From the NCBI GenBank assembly GCA_039815185.1, contig JBCBZT010000072.1, positions 1 through 30,117 on the forward strand: 30,117 nucleotides of DNA. The letters are read 5' to 3'. The translations under genes and the position numbers were made by a program. The notes below the pieces were generated by a model. That model was not told where the DNA came from and searched no databases. It saw only the letters and a program-made list of their open reading frames with translations. Below are positions 24,883-30,117 of this stretch, piece by piece; position 1 is the stretch's first letter; each line of letters begins with the position of its first letter. Origin of the DNA: Cyanobacteria bacterium P01_A01_bin.123 (GTDB lineage Bacteria > Cyanobacteriota > Cyanobacteriia > Phormidesmidales > Phormidesmidaceae).

Positions 24883-24963
24883 AGGATCAGAAAATCTTTG
24901 GCTTTGGCTGGGGCTGCTGAGCGATCGCTAAAGGTATCGCTACTGCTGGATATTGACTAATTG

Positions 24964-25329
24964 ATGTCACGTTCTGAAGACCAGACTTTGCAGGCAATGG
25001 AGATGGAGAAGGATGCCCCAGTCAGTGGGATTCTGAGTGTTGAGAAGGCCCAACGGATGGCTGAGTTTTTCGGCGTGTTAGGCGATCCGAATCGCTGGCG
25101 GATTCTGTCAGCACTCGCATCCCAGGAATTGCCCGTAGGAGAACTGGCCGAGGCAGTCGAGATGAGTGAATCAGCTGTTTCCCATCAATTAAGAGTGCTG
25201 CGAACCATGCGGCTAGTCAGCTACCGCAAGCGGGGACGCAATGTTTACTACTGCTTGAAAGATAAGCACATCTTTAATCTTTATCAGGAAGCCTCAGAGC
25301 ATCTAGATGAACCCGACGATGATGGCTAA
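24964..25329 (+). CDS. smtB: SmtB/ZiaR-type Zn-sensing repressor
   Basis: [25 protein letters not shown] and alpha5 site DKH-x10-HLDE. Confidence 0.92.
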   Translation: MSRSEDQTLQAMEMEKDAPVSGILSVEKAQRMAEFFGVLGDPNRWRILSALASQELPVGELAEAVEMSESAVSHQLRVLRTMRLVSYRKRGRNVYYCLKDKHIFNLYQEASEHLDEPDDDG

Positions 25330-25666
25330 TTTAGCGACCTACAAACAAGAGCACTCAAACCTGCAAACAGAGCAATTTTGAACCAGGATTCAGTGACAAT
25401 AGGTGCTGCCAACAGCCTGAAAACAAGGCTGCCGCTTGACAAGATGGCATCTACTCACCTGGGTAATAGGGGCTTCAAGGCCAGACAGTGAGGGCGAAAT
25501 TCTTCGTTTAGTTGCTCCCGTAGTGGCGCAGGTCTACATTTGCTTTAAGAACCGTAGTCTTAATCTTAAAGATACTTACGGAAACCTACTTACATGAGCT
25601 AATCTGCTTCTTAATGGCATCAAAGCTCTTAAAGCACTACCTAGAACCGTCGCTCAATCATTTCTG

Positions 25667-26962
25667 ATGCTAGATGCTGAACGTCTACTTGAATTTGCCA
25701 ACCAGTTGTTTGCCGCTCAGACGGGAGATGCGCTGAATAACGTGCAAAGGCGTGTGCTCTCGGAAGCGTTGATCACTAGGTTTAAGTCCAAAACCTACGA
25801 TCAAATCGCGGCTGAAACGGGGTATTCCGGCGCATACATCAGAAACATTATTGCCCGGAGTCTTTGGCAATCATTCTCAGAGATCCTTGAGGAAAAGGTC
25901 ACTCGACGGAATATTCGAACGTTGCTGCTGGAGCAGTCTAAAGCTGACGATACGGGGTTGTTACCTGAGGCGGAAGTTTCGCTTGAGTCTGAGGCAGCCG
26001 CAGAAGGCATCGTAGAAACTGACGCTGATGATAACACCAGTCCTCAGCAGCTTAGCTCATCTGCCCCCTGGATTCTTGTTGTTGACGATCAACCCCACAA
26101 TCTAGAGTTGCTAACCCACATTTTGGAAGAGGAGGGATACCAAGTTTGGTCTGCCACAAACGGGGCGGATGCCCTAAAACTGGTTGTGATGGCGCGCCCC
26201 AACTTGATTTTGCTCGATGTCAACATGCCTGGAATGAGTGGGTATGAAGTTTGTCAGCAGCTCAAAGCCGATCCTCAAACGCAATTCATCCCGGTTATTT
26301 TCATCAGTGCCCTGGATGAGTCGTGGGATAAGGTGCAAGCCTTTTCTGTGGGTGGCGTTGACTACATTACCAAACCGTTTAACACCCTAGAAACCCTGAT
26401 ACGAATCGATCATCAGATCCAAATCGGAGCCACCCAGGCCCAGCTATCCGGCCTGGGTGATCAAACCTCAAAGACAGACCCCTCGCAACCCCCCTCTCTA
26501 CCTACAGTGACCCTTCAGGATGCGTCTATGGACGAGCAGTCGGCTGCCAAAGCATCCATCATGCTAGTGGATGATGATCCTAAAAATCTATCGTTGTTGG
26601 CCGATTTACTGAAAGAAGAGAAGTATGACATCTGGCAAGCCACGACTGGCGCTGAGGTTTTGAAATTTGCCCCGACGCTTTTGCCGGATCTGATTCTCTT
26701 GGATATTAACCTGCCTGATATGAGTGGGTATAACGTTTGTCAGCAGCTAAGGGAGAACGAGCAGACTAAACTCATCCCAGTTATTTTTGTGAGTGCGCTA
26801 GATGCAACTTGGGATAAATTGAAAGGATTTGCGGCAGGAGGCAATGACTATGTGACTAAACCACTGCAGATTTTGGAGCTAGTCTGTCGAATCCGCAATC
26901 AGCTTCGACTTAGGCAACTTCGAGCTCAATTATCAGGGTGGAATGCTCAGAGCACTGATTAG
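25667..26962 (+). CDS. Response regulator: N-terminal HTH-like domain plus two receiver domains
   Basis: ILVVDD..LLDVNMPG..TKP and MLVDDD..LLDINLPD..TKP; N-terminal KTYDQIAAETGYS...LWQSFSEILEEKVTRRN. Confidence 0.9.
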   Translation: MLDAERLLEFANQLFAAQTGDALNNVQRRVLSEALITRFKSKTYDQIAAETGYSGAYIRNIIARSLWQSFSEILEEKVTRRNIRTLLLEQSKADDTGLLPEAEVSLESEAAAEGIVETDADDNTSPQQLSSSAPWILVVDDQPHNLELLTHILEEEGYQVWSATNGADALKLVVMARPNLILLDVNMPGMSGYEVCQQLKADPQTQFIPVIFISALDESWDKVQAFSVGGVDYITKPFNTLETLIRIDHQIQIGATQAQLSGLGDQTSKTDPSQPPSLPTVTLQDASMDEQSAAKASIMLVDDDPKNLSLLADLLKEEKYDIWQATTGAEVLKFAPTLLPDLILLDINLPDMSGYNVCQQLRENEQTKLIPVIFVSALDATWDKLKGFAAGGNDYVTKPLQILELVCRIRNQLRLRQLRAQLSGWNAQSTD

Positions 26963-27062
26963 CACAGCGCTAAGTGGAAGTGTGCTCAGTTGACTCATGC
27001 AATCACTGTCGTCTATTGCCTGAGCGGTGTGTGTGTGTTCTCCCATGCTGCTTTTATGTCTT

Positions 27063-29843
27063 ATGCGTACTCAAACATCTCGTTCATCCACACACCAACA
27101 GTGGCCGCTTCAGAAAGTATTAATTGTGCCATTTGTCGCTCAGATCATCGTTGCAGTGGGTTTAACAGGTTATCTGGGCATTCGCAATGGTCAAAAAGCA
27201 GTGCGAGATTTGGCACAGCAATTAATGGCAGATGTGTCAAGTCAAGTTGAACAAAAACTAAATAGCCATCTCGAACTCCCTCACCTCGTCAACCAAACGA
27301 ATGCCAATGCGATCGCCTTGGGTGTTCTCAATATTGATTGGGAAAATAGAGAAACCTTTGCCCAGCATTTTGTGCAACAACTCCAGCAGTTTGACGAGAT
27401 TAGCTGGTTAACGCTGGCCACTGAAGAACCTAATTTCGTTGATGCTGCTCGCAAAGAAGATTTCTATCAATTCACTTGGTGGGAATCGGCACAACAGTCT
27501 GAGGGCACGGTTGATTTTCTTGTTACAGCACAAGCAGAAGACATTGAAGTTATAGAAAGGAGTGCCAGCCCTCAATACGATCACCGCCAACGATCTTGGT
27601 ATCAGCAAGCACGCTCTGGACACTTAACTGATTTTTGGTCAGATATTTACACGACTGTTAAACCGCAACGGTTAGTCATCAAAGGTGGCAAGATTCTTTA
27701 CAATACCGATAAGACGTTTCTAGGTATTATCTCTGCAAACCTCAGTCTTAATCAAATCAGCGATTTTCTCAAAACGTTGAGAATTAGTGAAAATGGCCGC
27801 GTTTTGATTATTGAGCAAAATGGGTTGGTGGTGGCAACGTCTGCCGACGAACAACCGTTTCGCGTCGATGCCAACGAAGAAGAATTGAAACGGATTAAAG
27901 CGACGGCACTGGAAGATCCTCTGGTAAAAGCCAGTGCTCACTATTTAAAGGAGCAATTTGGCCAGCTTGACGAGATCAGAACAGAACAACAATTACAGTT
28001 TTCTTTTTGGGGAGAGCAGCAATACGTCCGCATCTCTCCCTACACGGATGAACGGGGCATTGATTGGCTGATTGTCACGGTTGTTCCCGAACGGGATTTC
28101 ATGGCACAAATTTATGCCAACACGCGCAACACGATCTGGCTAATGCTGCTCTCCTTGGGAGGAGCGGTTGGCATGGGACTTTACACCTCGCGTTGGATTG
28201 CTCGACCGATTTTACGGTTGGTTCAATCGTCACAAGCCATGTCCCAAGGAGACCTAGACCAAAAAGTGCCCGCAGGCAACATTGCCGAACTGAATGCTTT
28301 AGGCCAAGCCTTCAACGGTATGGCAGTTCAACTGAAATCAGACTTTGTCAATCTCGACCGGCGCGTGCGCGAACGGACCTTATCACTGCAAGAGCGCACT
28401 GCTGAACTTGAAGTTGCTAAAGAACAAGCAGAGTTTGCTAACCAGGCTAAAAGCCAGTTTTTAGCCAATATGAGCCATGAGCTCCGCACCCCACTCAATG
28501 GCATTTTGGGATATACCCAGATATTGGAGCGATCGCCTGCTTTGCCCGACACAATTCAACAACCCGTTAAAGTCATCCATAAATGCGGCACTCATTTGTT
28601 GGATTTGATCAACGACATTTTGGATTTGTCGAGGATTGAGGCCGGGAAACTGGAGCTGAATCCTAAAGCGATTCATCTATTGTCTTGTTTACAGAGTGTG
28701 GTGCAGGTCTGTCGGGTGCGAGCGGCTCAACGGGGTTTGGAATTTGTCTATCAGGTTGAATCGCCGTTGCCGGAAGGGGTTTATCTAGATGAACAGCGAT
28801 TTCGCCAGGTGCTCTTCAACTTATTAGGCAATGCGATCAAGTTTACCGGCCAGGGCACGGTGACGCTGCGAGTATCGGCGACGCCTGCTGCCGGTAACCC
28901 TAAGATCAGCTGCCTCCGCTTTTCGGTGGAAGACACCGGCATCGGGATTGCAGATGCGGATATCGATCAGCTCTTCACCGCCTTTAAGCAGGTGGGCGAT
29001 CGCCCAAAATACTCTGAAGGCACGGGGTTAGGGCTGGCCATTAGCCAGACGATTGTGCGGCTGATGGGTTCTGAGATTCGGGTACAGAGTAAGTTGAATC
29101 AGGGCAGCCAATTTAGCTTTGAGATTGCCGTGCCCGTGGCATCAGAGCAGGAAATTCCCCACGCTAGCACCCTTGACCCTGACATCATGGGCTACGCAGG
29201 GAAACGGTGTCGACTTTTAATAGTGGATGATCGCGAAGACAATCGTAGTGTTTTAATAAATGTCTTAAAGCCGCTTGGGTTTGAGATTGCCGAAGCGGAT
29301 GATGGTCAGCAAGCCCTTGAGCAGCTTCAGCATCAATCGTTTGATTTGGTGATTATGGATTTGGCCATGCCCGTGATGGATGGGTATACCTGTCTCAAGC
29401 ACGTTCGTCAGTCTGCCACCCTTGCTCAGCAGAAAGTGATTGCCTCCTCGGCATCGGTGTCTCAGCAGGATCGACAGTTGGCCCTGGATGCAGGAGCGGA
29501 TGACTTTTTACCGAAACCCATCGACATGAGCGAATTGCTAACGATGCTGGCGCATCAGTTGGAGCTGGAATGGCAGTATGCTGCCGATGCTGCGCCAACT
29601 GCAGCTGAGGACGCTGCCCCGGCTGAGGCGTTACCCGCGCATGTCTTACCGCCAGTAGATACCTTGCGATCGCTCCGTGATGTGGTCGCAACCGAAAACC
29701 TACGAGATATCTGCCAGCAACTGGAAACCCTGATTACGCTCAACGCAGACTATGAACCCTTTGCGCGATCGCTGTTGGACTTAACCAAGCAACTGAAGCT
29801 TGACGACATCAAGGCAATCCTGAACCAGGCTATTCAGGATTAA
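27063..29843 (+). CDS. Hybrid sensor histidine kinase (TM-Cache-TM-HAMP-HisKA-HATPase-REC)
   Basis: [36 protein letters not shown] and receiver MDLAMP; start is probably ATG 27063. Confidence 0.94.
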   Translation: MRTQTSRSSTHQQWPLQKVLIVPFVAQIIVAVGLTGYLGIRNGQKAVRDLAQQLMADVSSQVEQKLNSHLELPHLVNQTNANAIALGVLNIDWENRETFAQHFVQQLQQFDEISWLTLATEEPNFVDAARKEDFYQFTWWESAQQSEGTVDFLVTAQAEDIEVIERSASPQYDHRQRSWYQQARSGHLTDFWSDIYTTVKPQRLVIKGGKILYNTDKTFLGIISANLSLNQISDFLKTLRISENGRVLIIEQNGLVVATSADEQPFRVDANEEELKRIKATALEDPLVKASAHYLKEQFGQLDEIRTEQQLQFSFWGEQQYVRISPYTDERGIDWLIVTVVPERDFMAQIYANTRNTIWLMLLSLGGAVGMGLYTSRWIARPILRLVQSSQAMSQGDLDQKVPAGNIAELNALGQAFNGMAVQLKSDFVNLDRRVRERTLSLQERTAELEVAKEQAEFANQAKSQFLANMSHELRTPLNGILGYTQILERSPALPDTIQQPVKVIHKCGTHLLDLINDILDLSRIEAGKLELNPKAIHLLSCLQSVVQVCRVRAAQRGLEFVYQVESPLPEGVYLDEQRFRQVLFNLLGNAIKFTGQGTVTLRVSATPAAGNPKISCLRFSVEDTGIGIADADIDQLFTAFKQVGDRPKYSEGTGLGLAISQTIVRLMGSEIRVQSKLNQGSQFSFEIAVPVASEQEIPHASTLDPDIMGYAGKRCRLLIVDDREDNRSVLINVLKPLGFEIAEADDGQQALEQLQHQSFDLVIMDLAMPVMDGYTCLKHVRQSATLAQQKVIASSASVSQQDRQLALDAGADDFLPKPIDMSELLTMLAHQLELEWQYAADAAPTAAEDAAPAEALPAHVLPPVDTLRSLRDVVATENLRDICQQLETLITLNADYEPFARSLLDLTKQLKLDDIKAILNQAIQD

Positions 29844-29885
29844 GAACAGTCAGGATGACAAAGTACTGGTATAAATTGGGTTCGG

Positions 29886-29914
29886 CCCTCACCCTAAATC
29901 CCTCTCCCCTGGGG
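29886..29914 (+). repeat. Left arm of a cyanobacterial intergenic palindromic repeat, interrupted by the IS
   Basis: CCCTCACCCTAAATCCCTCTCCC, a motif I recognise from filamentous cyanobacteria, ends in CCCCTGGGG abutting the IS end. Confidence 0.5.
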
Positions 29915-30117
29915 CTGTCCCTTACGCATAAGTTGCTCAAAGACTTTTACAGGTTAGGTTTCAGCGGCTAGTTGGGCTCCTTCCATCAAAGTATGGAGCT
30001 TAGTGAGCCCTCGCCATAGCGTTTTCAAGCCTGGTTCTCCATCACCTTTGCGAGCTAGAAATCCGCCTAATTGGGCAATCCAAAGCATGGCTTGACGGAG
30101 GGTAGGAGGCTTCTTTG
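29915..30117 (-). mobile_element. IS4-family (IS50/Tn5-like) insertion sequence, right end and transposase C-terminus (29954-30115)
   Basis: KKPPTLRQAMLWIAQLGGFLARKGDGEPGLKTLWRGL dimerisation domain; end CTGTCCCTTACGCATAAGT is 14/19 identical to the Tn5 outside end. Confidence 0.9.

Noticed and set aside
25555..25635. Pho/OmpR-type direct repeats (CTTAA/CTTAC)
   Set aside because: Spacing is irregular and matches are short in AT-rich sequence.

Overview
Cyanobacterial DNA (roughly two dozen HIP1 GCGATCGC octamers), probably an accessory island or plasmid segment. The core (about 4.4-20.8 kb and 23.8-25.3 kb) is a metal-homeostasis cluster. It contains a Zur-box-led run znuA-(internally deleted znuC)-znuB-COG0523-folE-COG0523-cysS, a CoaR-like MerR/precorrin-isomerase fusion with its operator but no coaT, a second Zn/Mn ABC system, and a second Zur box between a CobW-like/two-metallophosphoesterase operon and an FAD oxidoreductase. 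It also holds a CadC-like repressor, a CDF exporter and an smtA-smtB pair (smtA is missing from the ORF track). Remains of an integron system are interleaved with this cluster: two separated intI fragments (3376-3564, 23665-23793), an attI-like site with a 40-41 bp palindromic repeat array, a DinB-like first cassette, a VapBC-type cassette with a complete attC, and at the left edge the 3' end of a class IIC group II intron inserted at an attC-type site. A response regulator/hybrid kinase pair and an IS50-like IS4 end close the window. All family assignments come from motif recognition by eye; no searches were run.
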